This document shows positions 1 through 8,201 of a stretch of DNA of 64,000 nt, piece by piece. Source of the stretch: an uncultured Pseudomonadota bacterium (GTDB taxonomy: Bacteria; Desulfobacterota; Binatia; Binatales; Binataceae); contig CAWIMH010000035.1 in NCBI GenBank assembly GCA_963837035.1, positions 20,319 through 84,318 on the forward strand, given 5' to 3'. The position numbers and the translations under genes were made by a program. How positions within the stretch are numbered: position 1 is the stretch's first letter; each line of letters starts with the position of its first letter. Under the pieces are notes generated by a model. That model made no database searches. It had not been told where the DNA came from and saw only the letters and a list, made by a program, of their open reading frames with translations.

Positions 1-69
1 TCGCAGCGACGGTAAAGGGGAAACACTCACGCGTCCTGCCAAGAGCGAGTCGAAGCAACGATCGCCCGC

Positions 70-270
70 ATGGCGGCCGGGAAACCTGCCGGCGACGGCG
101 ACACCGACGACGAAGAGCGTTTCTGTACACATGCCGATAACTGCGTGGAAGAAATGACTCAGGCGAAAATGGCGCTGGACGCGGAGGAGCGTCACGGTCA
201 TTTGATTCGCGCGCTCGGCCACGCGGTGCACTGCATAAAGACGCACGAGAAGATGTCAAAAAAGAAGTAG
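70..270 (+). CDS. hypothetical small Cys/His-rich protein (66 aa)
   Basis: ORF with ATG start; no recognisable homology; first of several small Cys/His-containing ORFs at the left end. Confidence 0.25.
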   Translation: MAAGKPAGDGDTDDEERFCTHADNCVEEMTQAKMALDAEERHGHLIRALGHAVHCIKTHEKMSKKK

Positions 271-475
271 GTCGGTTGCCTTCCTCGCTTCACGACCTTG
301 GGGCAGCGTGCAGCAGTGCCACGCGGCTGAATCCCGCAGGCTCTCCGGGGATCAGCCAGCTCCCGCCTAATTTGATCGAGCTGGCTCGCGTGTACCTGTA
401 ATACGCGCGAAAAAGGGGACACGGAGGAATTGCTCACCTCCGCCTCCCCGCCACACTCCATATCCGGGGTGAACT

Positions 476-703
476 ATGGCTTTTGATGATTACGGACTAG
501 CGAATGGGCTCGACGGCGCCGAGCAAAGCCGGCGCTGCGTCGTTTGTAAAAAGGATCGTGCCTTCAACTGGCCGATCTCGAAAGTCTGCTCCGGCTGCGC
601 CGCGAAAAAACCGGAATCAAAGGCATCAGCCCCGGCTGAGAAACCATTCAAGCCTCATCGCCGCGCCGTGTTTTTTCCCGGTGAAGGAAGACGATCGCTA
701 TGA
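476..703 (+). CDS. small zinc-ribbon protein (CxxC...CxxC), hypothetical
   Basis: 75-aa ORF with CVVCKK...W...CSGCAAK motif (C-x2-C-x13-C-x2-C with conserved Trp); stop overlaps next ORF start (ATGA). Confidence 0.4.
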   Translation: MAFDDYGLANGLDGAEQSRRCVVCKKDRAFNWPISKVCSGCAAKKPESKASAPAEKPFKPHRRAVFFPGEGRRSL

Positions 704-1236
704 AACGCGCACTTGTTTGTAAACGCGGCCACGACGCTTGGAAGTTTGACGGCTGCGGCGTGCGCTATTGCGGAGAGTGTCGGCGGATTCGAGTCGAAAG
801 ATATACTGCCTCCTCCGCTCGAAGCGTACCGCGTGAAGTGATTCGCCAGCGTCGGATTGATCTGCTGAAAAAGTTCGGCTGGTTTTTGCATGCTAACGAT
901 GGTGACGACGCCGCCCATATGACGCCCAATTTAGAGTTGGCGCTGAATGGCAGCCGCGCGCACTGGGGCGACTTCATGCGCAAGATGCGCCTAAGAATGT
1001 GCGCCGACCGTTGCGAGCGCTGCACGATTTTAAAGTCGACCTTCAGTGATTTTCCAAACTTCAGATGCTGGGATGTTTCGTGCCCGGTGCGGACGACCGC
1101 CGTCTCCGAAGAAGATCTCGACCGCATCGCCTATGAGTTTGGAAATTTCGGTGCGCTAATCGCGGGCTTGACCTCGATCTCCGAAACGATAGGCGATGGT
1201 AACCGCAGGACACCGGGAGGGCACGCTCGTGTCTAA
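700..1236 (+). CDS. Cys-rich zinc-finger protein, possibly HNH-like nuclease fold; hypothetical
   Basis: 178-aa ORF; N-terminal CKRGHDAW...CGVRYCGEC zinc-ribbon paralogous to neighbours; later AHMTP...NGS...AHW...CADRCERC resembles an HNH arrangement (H-x2-P ... N ... H + CxxC) but does not match the canonical spacing. Confidence 0.4.
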   Translation: MKRALVCKRGHDAWKFDGCGVRYCGECRRIRVERYTASSARSVPREVIRQRRIDLLKKFGWFLHANDGDDAAHMTPNLELALNGSRAHWGDFMRKMRLRMCADRCERCTILKSTFSDFPNFRCWDVSCPVRTTAVSEEDLDRIAYEFGNFGALIAGLTSISETIGDGNRRTPGGHARV

Positions 1237-1384
1237 TCTATGTAAACGGTGCGGCAGCGATGATTGGACTATGCGGGGCACTGGCCACCATCCCTTTTGT
1301 AGCGAGTGCGCTCGGCAACGCTCGCGGAAAGCCTATCGATTGAAGCATCCCGACGCTAAAGTATCGGCCGGCACGGCGCAGTAG
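1196..1384 (+). CDS. small zinc-ribbon protein (CKRCG...W...CSECA), hypothetical
   Basis: 62-aa ORF; same C-x2-C-x(11-14)-C-x2-C + Trp pattern as 476..703 and the N-terminus of 700..1236; an internal GTG at 1229 would give a 51-aa product. Confidence 0.35.
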   Translation: MVTAGHREGTLVSNLCKRCGSDDWTMRGTGHHPFCSECARQRSRKAYRLKHPDAKVSAGTAQ

Positions 1385-1938
1385 ATATGGCGGTGAACTA
1401 TGTGGGCATGGACATAATAACTGGCGCACCGATTCCTCGCCGACTCAAATCGTCCGCAAATGTATCGACTGCGGCAGCGGTGCGCGCAAGCACGGGCGCG
1501 CGCGCGGGCTCCGGCCCGGTGAACTGATCGCGGAAGCGGAAGCACCGCTACCGCTCGATCGAAAGGCGCTGCTGCGAAAGATCTGGGCTGAAATTCAAAT
1601 GGATCGCCATGCCCCGGACGAATAAGCCGGGGCTATAGGCACCCCGGCTATTATTTACGATGAGGACGCCGCGCTACTTCAGGCCAATCTTCTTCGGCGG
1701 TGGGCTCGTCGATCCGAGCGGCGTTGTCGGATAGTGCTTCGACGATCGGATCGACCGCCGTGCGTTTGCCAAATAGACCCCTGATTGACCTTCCTTCTCG
1801 GCTCCTTCGAGTTTCGCAATCTAGCGCATTGCACTGAAGCTGTTGCTTCTTTTGTGCGATTTAGCTTATTCGGAAGTATCGAGTCCGTGTTTAGCCGCCC
1901 GCTCAGAGAAGCGACCAAAATTGGTAACGCTCTTACGT

Positions 1939-2403
1939 TTAATGCGACCTTGCCGGAGTCCCTCGACAATGGAACTGATCAAATCTCGCTCGCCAATGTT
2001 CCCCAAACTTTTGCTGCTCTCGAAAAATGCGCCCGGCCAACTCAACTAAGCGTTGCGCACTGATTTCGGAAATGTCCCGATGAATTCCGTTGACCTCAGG
2101 ATCGGCTGTGTTCCCAGGAATGCTAACTAGTCTGAACCCCAAGTCGAACACCACCGATTCCGGAAAAAGGACGTAATCAAAGCGATCGTACTTGCCTCGT
2201 GCGATTACCAGCGCGGCAGCTATCCGCAACAGGTTCGTGTTGTCATCCTTTTCGACCGAGTAGACTGAAATCGTATTGTTCGAAGTTGTGAGATCGCTCA
2301 AAGGCTCTGCTCCAAATTCCCCTGCTCGCAGCCATGGATGGGGATCGGGGTTATATAGATCCCAGGCCAGCAAGTGATTGAGTTTTCGCAGCAGAAGAGG
2401 CAC
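1939..2403 (-). CDS. hypothetical protein (154 aa), last gene of low-GC minus-strand cluster
   Basis: ORF in a roughly 50% GC island; no recognisable domain. Confidence 0.3.
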   Translation of the reverse strand: MPLLLRKLNHLLAWDLYNPDPHPWLRAGEFGAEPLSDLTTSNNTISVYSVEKDDNTNLLRIAAALVIARGKYDRFDYVLFPESVVFDLGFRLVSIPGNTADPEVNGIHRDISEISAQRLVELAGRIFREQQKFGEHWRARFDQFHCRGTPARSH

Positions 2404-2512
2404 TGCTTAGGAACGAAGTTCAGCGAGAGAGTTATTAAGAGCCATTTTGCAAAGCGGCCGCTTTTCAAGGTTAACAGCGCGCTCCAAAAATAGAATGGCG
2501 CGCTTATCGCCC

Positions 2513-2875
2513 TTAGCAGGCCTCAAACCCAAGCCGGCTGCTTCTCTCACTGATTGGCGACGGATGAGTCAGGCATCTGCGAAGGAGATGCATCCTGGCT
2601 TCTTGAGTGTTTGGGTCACTCATTCTTCCGAGTTCACGCAGCCCCTCCCCAAGGATGGTGATGCTGCTTCCCTCACCAAAACAGAATCTCTCGAATACTT
2701 TTATTCCGATTCCACGGTATCTCAGGATGAACTTCCGAAATTCGTCCGCGAATGCCATAGCACCATCAGTTTCCAGGCTCATCGGAAAGCAGAGCAGCGG
2801 CGGCACAAAAATCCTCTCTAGCAAACTCCAATAGGGTGTCTTCATCCGGGGACGTAGAAGCCTCTGCCAATTCAA
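2513..2875 (-). CDS. hypothetical protein (about 120 aa; TTG start, possibly shorter from ATG 2758)
   Basis: minus-strand ORF overlapping the 3' end of 2766..3140 in another frame; may be a separate gene or the frameshifted continuation of the upstream ORF. Confidence 0.25.
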   Translation of the reverse strand: MNWQRLLRPRMKTPYWSLLERIFVPPLLCFPMSLETDGAMAFADEFRKFILRYRGIGIKVFERFCFGEGSSITILGEGLRELGRMSDPNTQEARMHLLRRCLTHPSPISERSSRLGFEAC

Positions 2876-3140
2876 CTCTCTTCAGCATTTCCGTTAATGA
2901 ACGCTCTACAATCGCATGGAACTCCTCCCACGGCAGAACGGGTTGGAACATATGAGTCACAAAGTATGTACTCTCCAGCCCTGAAGGAACGCTATACCAA
3001 GGTTGAAAAGATTTATAAGCCGAAATCTGGTTGCGTAAGAAAACATTGGCATATTGGCCGTTGATTGACCCAGTGAAAAAGGGAGGCGAGGAAATGCTCG
3101 ATACGTTGAGCGCAAAAGAATTTGAGCATGCAGCAAACAT
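2766..3140 (-). CDS. hypothetical protein (124 aa)
   Basis: minus-strand ORF in the low-GC island, protein-like composition; no SD recognised. Confidence 0.3.
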   Translation of the reverse strand: MFAACSNSFALNVSSISSPPFFTGSINGQYANVFLRNQISAYKSFQPWYSVPSGLESTYFVTHMFQPVLPWEEFHAIVERSLTEMLKRVELAEASTSPDEDTLLEFAREDFCAAAALLSDEPGN

Positions 3141-3203
3141 GGCGGCGCGATTAGAACAACATCAGCCCAGAGTTGCTGACTCGCATTTATTTTGGAGAGC
3201 GAC

Positions 3204-3362
3204 TCATGGACGGCTGATAGCCTTGCTGACCGTGCCAACCCATTCGGCATTAAGAATAGCGGTGTGAGAAGCCGCCTCGGCGAACTTGAGTGCGGACTTT
3301 TCGTAAGCCTCTGTAACCGCTTCGGCGAGTTTGAGTGGAGACGGTTTGTTAGTCTCTGTCAC
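3204..3362 (-). CDS. small repeat-containing protein (52 aa), translationally coupled to upstream gene
   Basis: GTG start overlaps the TGA stop of 3359..4126 (GTGA); the product MTETNKPSPLKLAEAVTEAYEKSALKFAEAASHTAILNAEWVGTVSKAISRP contains an internal peptide repeat encoded by an imperfect tandem DNA repeat; it is below the ORF-track length cutoff. Confidence 0.3.
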   Translation of the reverse strand: MTETNKPSPLKLAEAVTEAYEKSALKFAEAASHTAILNAEWVGTVSKAISRP

Positions 3363-4126
3363 TTGACGTCACCTTGTTCGGCAATTTGGTTGGCTAGTTC
3401 AATAAATTCGCCAAACACTTTGGGCATATTCTCAGCCAGAATTTCGCCTTGATAATCCTGAGCGGTATTTATGTCGAGTTCGAGCCTACAGACAGGCCTC
3501 GCCGAAGGTGAAACAGATGCAACCTGTCTCGGAATTTGAGGGTTGGCGACTGTCAACGACATGAGAGTTGGTTGGACAACTCCCCAGGTAGACAAACGGT
3601 TGATTCTAAGCCCTTCCATTCCAGGTACGTGAGACAATCTCGGTCGGTTTATGCGGTACATAAAATCAAAGGATTCACCGACATCCAACGTAACCGAGGC
3701 TAGGTAATGTTGGAGTACTTCATGCCCCTTGGCCACGGTTTCTACGGGCTGAATCAGCTCGACTCCCAAGGCCAATCGAGTCGCTGGCGGCGAGATTGGG
3801 AACCAGCTTTCCAACAGGTTGGAGAACGTTTCCATGGTTCCTTGATGCGGGCCAAGTGTTGCGAGATCTTCCTCTTCCGAATCGACTTTATCTATCGCTT
3901 GCCAAATCCAATCTATGCGGTCCGGTAAAGAAACGAGGTACAGTTTCCCGGCATGAAAATTGGCTTCCTGTCGCAAGAAGCCTCGCGGACGCTGTCTGAT
4001 CACAGACTCTGCCTCGGAACCGATAACCTTTTGCCACCAGGATTCTGTTTCCTGGACCACTACGGCCGGAAAAGTCGAAAGCCTTATGTGTCGCGTGAGC
4101 CAGGGCAAGTCGTCATCCTCCGTCAC
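3359..4126 (-). CDS. hypothetical protein (255 aa), first gene of low-GC minus-strand operon
   Basis: long clean ORF with ATG start, about 50% GC against about 63% in the surroundings; no recognisable catalytic motif. Confidence 0.5.
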   Translation of the reverse strand: MTEDDDLPWLTRHIRLSTFPAVVVQETESWWQKVIGSEAESVIRQRPRGFLRQEANFHAGKLYLVSLPDRIDWIWQAIDKVDSEEEDLATLGPHQGTMETFSNLLESWFPISPPATRLALGVELIQPVETVAKGHEVLQHYLASVTLDVGESFDFMYRINRPRLSHVPGMEGLRINRLSTWGVVQPTLMSLTVANPQIPRQVASVSPSARPVCRLELDINTAQDYQGEILAENMPKVFGEFIELANQIAEQGDVK

Positions 4127-4195
4127 TATTCGAAAAATCCACAGGTTCTTGGCAGAGGCTGGTTACTAACAACATAACCTCTAGCACGCCTTTGA

Positions 4196-4207
4196 GACAA
4201 CGTACGT
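4196..4207. promoter_or_regulatory. 12-bp perfect palindrome CAACGTACGTTG about 70 bp upstream of the minus-strand operon start (candidate operator)
   Basis: perfect dyad symmetry seen directly in the sequence; its position relative to the start codon at 4126 is consistent with a promoter or operator. Confidence 0.3.
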
Positions 4208-4814
4208 TGTAATGGACTCAACCCCAATTCGCGAGACCTTGGATACTCTTCTTCAGTGCGCCGAAGGTTCAAGCGAGGTACCAGGGTGATTGAGAAAATG
4301 CGCCAAAAACCCAGAATTTTCAAAGAGAATTAGCGGCGCGCCTGATTACGGGCTTGCCCGGCCGTTCCACGGTCAGACGTCCCTCGGCTTCCGCGTCGAC
4401 GCTAGAAACAACGCTCAGGTCGGGATACAGGCCGTTTAGGCCGAATCGTGATTCGGGGCGGAAAAATGTACTCCTGTGGCACAAAACGAAAATAGGCCAA
4501 CCCTCACTAGGGAGCCGGCGACGGCCGGATCGCGGCTCCGACCGCTGAATTGCTCGCGCTGCCGCAGTTGTCCGTACATCCCGAAATCGCTTGGGCGGAC
4601 GTTCTCGATCGCCTGCAGCCGTCATAAATTGAATATCGCGAGCGTGTGACCACTGCGCGAGAATGGACTCTGGTTGAGCGGGTATCTTCGAGCGACTGCT
4701 TACGTTTGGTAATGTTCGGGCCGTAGCTCTCGGTCGGACGGGAGTTGTCGCAAAATTATGTCCTCTCCAACCCAAAAACATCGCCTGGGTCGAGCTAAAT
4801 AGGAGAACCCCTGT

Positions 4815-6107
4815 ATGAAGCGAAGCCGAGTCACTCCCGTATGCCTTTTGGTCGGCACTGTCGTGTTCATTTTTACGTTGCAAAGAAGCGATTCCTTAGC
4901 AAAAACGCCAACGCCGAATCGCTCACATGCTGGTGTCGAGGCAACTAACATTCCGCCCTCAACTCAAATGACCTCCTCCTCAAATGCTTCGAGCGCGGAA
5001 TCTCCGGAACAGGTGCGTCGCATAGCGCGTGAAGAGGTCGAGCTGCATTTGCACGGAATAGGGGAGGCCACGATTGCCGCCGTCATCGAGGGGGCACGCG
5101 AAAATGAGCACACTATGTCTTATGTTTCTTGGGTTGCCTCGATATGGATTGCTCTGTTCACACTTATCGTCGGGGCAGCAGGCGCGTTTCTCTATGGCGA
5201 GGTAGGCATTCTCAAAAAAGCAAAAGAAGAGGCGCAAGCAGCAAGTGAAACTTCAAAAGCCCTGCTGGCTCAGGCAGTTAAGGCTAAGGACGAGGCCGAG
5301 GCGTCAAGCTCGAAAGTGCACGCGGCCGAGGAGGACGCCAAGTTAGCTGCGAGCCGCCTTAGAGCATTCGATGAGGCCAGCAAAAATGCTTTGGCCGATA
5401 TTGATAACTATCACAAGAATTTGCCGTCGGTAGAATCGCCGACCGTCCTAGGGAGCCAGCCCGAACTGCCGCCTATCGACCACGTCATGCAGATGGAAGA
5501 GGCCGATATCCTAACGGTTCTGGGCGAGAAAATCCGACCGCAACCGCCCAAACAACTCGCGCTCGCGTTTCTCTCCTTGGGAAAATACTGGAGACAAATC
5601 GAGAACTATCCTCGTGCACTCACACGGTATCAGAAGGCGGCAACTCTCGACCCAGAATCGTGGGAGCCGCTGGAAGGCTTAGCGCGAGTGGCGACGGAAC
5701 GCGCGCTTGAGGAGGGGCTCACTCCCGAAGCAAGAGAAAGACTATTGTCTCAGGCAAAGATATGGGCAGAAGCCGCCTTCGGAATAGACGACGAGCAACC
5801 AAAAACCGTTTACGACTTGGGCCGCATCGCCCACGTCCGAGGTCATTTTGGAGCCGCAATCGAATTTTATAAACGAGCGCAGGTTCTGGACATTAAGCAG
5901 GAGCGTTTAGAGAATATTTACAACCTAGCCTGCCTTTATGCGCATGACGTAGTGGACTTCGAGAGCGCCATTCAAGAGCTTGAGAAATTCAAAGGACGCG
6001 ACAAAGTGCGAGAACTAGTTGCGAAGGATAGCGATTTCGACGGGTTGAGGGCCGACCCGCAATTTGCCGCTAGACTCTCAGCATTATGGCCTACGAACGG
6101 TCCTTGA
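4815..6107 (+). CDS. membrane-anchored coiled-coil / TPR-like repeat protein, hypothetical
   Basis: 430-aa ORF with a good RBS (AGGAGA 9 nt upstream of ATG). It has an N-terminal hydrophobic anchor, a second TM segment (WVASIWIALFTLIVGAAGAFLYG), an Ala/Glu/Lys-rich coiled-coil and C-terminal TPR-like helical repeats. Confidence 0.6.
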   Translation: MKRSRVTPVCLLVGTVVFIFTLQRSDSLAKTPTPNRSHAGVEATNIPPSTQMTSSSNASSAESPEQVRRIAREEVELHLHGIGEATIAAVIEGARENEHTMSYVSWVASIWIALFTLIVGAAGAFLYGEVGILKKAKEEAQAASETSKALLAQAVKAKDEAEASSSKVHAAEEDAKLAASRLRAFDEASKNALADIDNYHKNLPSVESPTVLGSQPELPPIDHVMQMEEADILTVLGEKIRPQPPKQLALAFLSLGKYWRQIENYPRALTRYQKAATLDPESWEPLEGLARVATERALEEGLTPEARERLLSQAKIWAEAAFGIDDEQPKTVYDLGRIAHVRGHFGAAIEFYKRAQVLDIKQERLENIYNLACLYAHDVVDFESAIQELEKFKGRDKVRELVAKDSDFDGLRADPQFAARLSALWPTNGP

Positions 6108-6137
6108 GCGTGAATGAACGGTCCTTGAGCGTGAATG
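6096..6137. repeat. perfect 21-bp tandem duplication (AACGGTCCTTGAGCGTGAATG x2) spanning the stop codon of the TPR protein gene
   Basis: two identical adjacent 21-mers counted directly in the sequence. Confidence 0.85.
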
Positions 6138-6729
6138 ACTGTCGCAAGTTCTTCATTCCTGACTCTCCTGACGACAAATCTAAGCACTATTCCGCACTTC
6201 TGGTCAACGCCAGCAACGTTCCCGCCTCCCTGCTCGGCGGAGCACAATACTACCATCCTATCGGTCCTAGAGCCATCCGGGCCGACGCTGAACCTCTGTC
6301 AAATTTGACAGAAGTGGCCTGCCACGAACCCGAGGGGCTGCTTTCAATTCCGGGGCCCGGAAACGATGCCGTGGCCATTTACGAAAGCCTTGATCTCGCC
6401 CCCGATTTCATTGGATCACGCCGGGCAGACCCCGGCATCGGCACTAGACTAGCTCCGCCCATCCCTTCCGGGCGCTCCGAATCCGGGGCTGCTTTCTCGT
6501 CTGAACCCGCCCGCGCTTGCCCGTATACCGCCCTGTGTTGGCTCCTTCCGACCGGGGTAGGATCGTCGCCCGTCTGTTTGCTTAGGCCCCGCCTCGTCCT
6601 ATAAATTGCCCGGTTGGCCCCGTATGCTGCTCACTGCCAACAGACCGCCAACACGCTCCCTGCTACCAGCCTGGCGGTCGATGGCTGAAACTCGAATAAG
6701 TGGCCAGTTTACGAAGGTTTTTCGGCGCC

Positions 6730-6806
6730 GGGTCAGTAGCTCTAATTGGCAGAGCATCGGACTCCAAATCCGGGGGCTGCAGGTTCGAATCCTGCCTGAC
6801 CCGCCA
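6730..6806 (+). tRNA. trnW: tRNA-Trp (anticodon CCA)
   Basis: 77-nt cloverleaf: acceptor GGGTCAG/CTGACCC, D-arm GCTC-TAATTGGC-AGAGC, anticodon stem TCGGA/TCCGG with loop CTCCAAA, T-arm GCAGG-TTCGAAT-CCTGC, discriminator G and encoded CCA; lies at the conserved position just upstream of secE. Confidence 0.9.
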
Positions 6807-6838
6807 AAACGATACGCGGCTTGTAAGGGCCTAAGAAA

Positions 6839-7045
6839 ATGGATACATTAAAAAGTTACCTCGATCAGGGCATCAGTTTTGTCCAGGAGTCTTGGACTGA
6901 GCTATCGAAGGTCCACTTCCCGTCGGCCCGCGAAACGTCGCAGGCGACGATTGTGGTGGTCGTCATCTCGCTCGTGTTGGCTTTGTGGCTTGGCCTGACC
7001 GACATGATAGCGACGCGTGGGGTGCATTGGTTGATCACCCAGTAG
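6839..7045 (+). CDS. secE: preprotein translocase subunit SecE
   Basis: 68 aa with a single C-terminal TM helix (TIVVVVISLVLALWLGLTD); conserved position between tRNA-Trp and nusG. Confidence 0.85.
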   Translation: MDTLKSYLDQGISFVQESWTELSKVHFPSARETSQATIVVVVISLVLALWLGLTDMIATRGVHWLITQ

Positions 7046-7109
7046 GGCCAAACGAGCGCAGAGGCTGCAGGGAGCATCACAGTTCGGATTTTTGGGCGAA
7101 GAGCCGCTA

Positions 7110-7679
7110 ATGGAAGACGCAGCGACCACTGAAACCGGGACTTCTCAGGGCAAGAGATGGTATGTCGTGCATACCTACTCCGGCTATGAACAGAAGGCAA
7201 AGTCGGCCCTCGAGGAGCGGGTTCGCGCACTCAAGATGGACCATAAGATCGGCGACATCGTGGTGCCGGTCGAGCGCGTGCAGGAACTCGGCAAAGGCGG
7301 TCTGCGCAAAGTTTCGAGCCGCAAATTCTTTCCCGGGTACATCTTCGTAAACATGGAACTCGACGACGAAACCTGGCACGTCGTCAAGGATACCCCCAAG
7401 GTGACCGGCTTCGTCGGTCATTCGACGACACCGCCTGAAGTGCCCGAATCCGAAGTGCTGGCGATAAAGGCGCAAATGGAAGAAGGGGCGCTGCGGCCCA
7501 AGCCAAAGGTATTATTCGAAGTGGGCGAGGCCGTGAAGGTGGTCGACGGCCCGTTCCAGGATTTCAACGGCACGGTAGAAGAAGTACGTCCGGAGAAGGG
7601 CAAGGTGCGCGTTCTTATCTCGATCTTCGGCCGCGCCACCCCGGTCGAGTTGGATTTTGTGCAGGTCGAGAAGTCGTAG
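7110..7679 (+). CDS. nusG: transcription termination/antitermination factor NusG
   Basis: KRWYVVHTYSGYE N-terminal NGN motif and C-terminal KOW (GEAVKVVDGPFQDFNGTVEEV); ATG 7110 preferred over the upstream TTG 7092 of the ORF track. Confidence 0.9.
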   Translation: MEDAATTETGTSQGKRWYVVHTYSGYEQKAKSALEERVRALKMDHKIGDIVVPVERVQELGKGGLRKVSSRKFFPGYIFVNMELDDETWHVVKDTPKVTGFVGHSTTPPEVPESEVLAIKAQMEEGALRPKPKVLFEVGEAVKVVDGPFQDFNGTVEEVRPEKGKVRVLISIFGRATPVELDFVQVEKS

Positions 7680-7762
7680 ACCCAATGACCGGTCGGGTGG
7701 AACGTCCGCGGTCAGGACGTTCCGGCGGCGGTTGTTCCTGAGTCGTGTGAACGGCAAGAGCG

Positions 7763-8188
7763 ATGGCAAAAAAAGTTACGGGACAGATTAAGCTGCAGAT
7801 TCCCGCGGGCGCAGCGAATCCGTCGCCGCCGGTTGGACCCGCGCTGGGCCAGCGCGGCGTCAATATCATGGAGTTCTGCAAGGCATTCAACGCGCAGACG
7901 CAGAATATGCAGGGATTGACGATCCCGGTAATCGTCACGGTTTATGCCGACCGGTCGTTTACTTTTGTTACCAAGAGTCCGCCGGCGTCAGTCCTGCTGC
8001 TCAAAGCCGCGGGAATCGAGAAGGGCTCTCCGGTCCCGAACAAAAACAAGGTCGGCAAGGTTTCGAAGAAGCAGGTTGAAGAGATCGCAAAAACCAAGGT
8101 CAAGGACCTGACGGCCAGCACGCTCGACGCCGCGATCCGCACGGTGGAGGGCACGGCGCGTTCGATGGGACTGGACGTTACCGAATAG
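7763..8188 (+). CDS. rplK: 50S ribosomal protein L11
   Basis: [44 protein letters not shown] is the L11 signature. Confidence 0.95.
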   Translation: MAKKVTGQIKLQIPAGAANPSPPVGPALGQRGVNIMEFCKAFNAQTQNMQGLTIPVIVTVYADRSFTFVTKSPPASVLLLKAAGIEKGSPVPNKNKVGKVSKKQVEEIAKTKVKDLTASTLDAAIRTVEGTARSMGLDVTE

Positions 8189-8201
8189 GGAAGCAGCGGC
8201 C

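Noticed and set aside
4320-4883. 187-aa minus-strand ORF in the 4.13-4.81 kb intergenic region
   Set aside because: The product is Arg/Ser/Pro-rich low-complexity and overlaps the promoter and RBS region of the TPR gene, so it is treated as non-coding. The roughly 680-bp intergenic region itself showed no recognisable ncRNA structure
6606-6851. 81-aa ORF overlapping tRNA-Trp
   Set aside because: It covers the tRNA gene and the secE start, so it is an ORF-finder artefact
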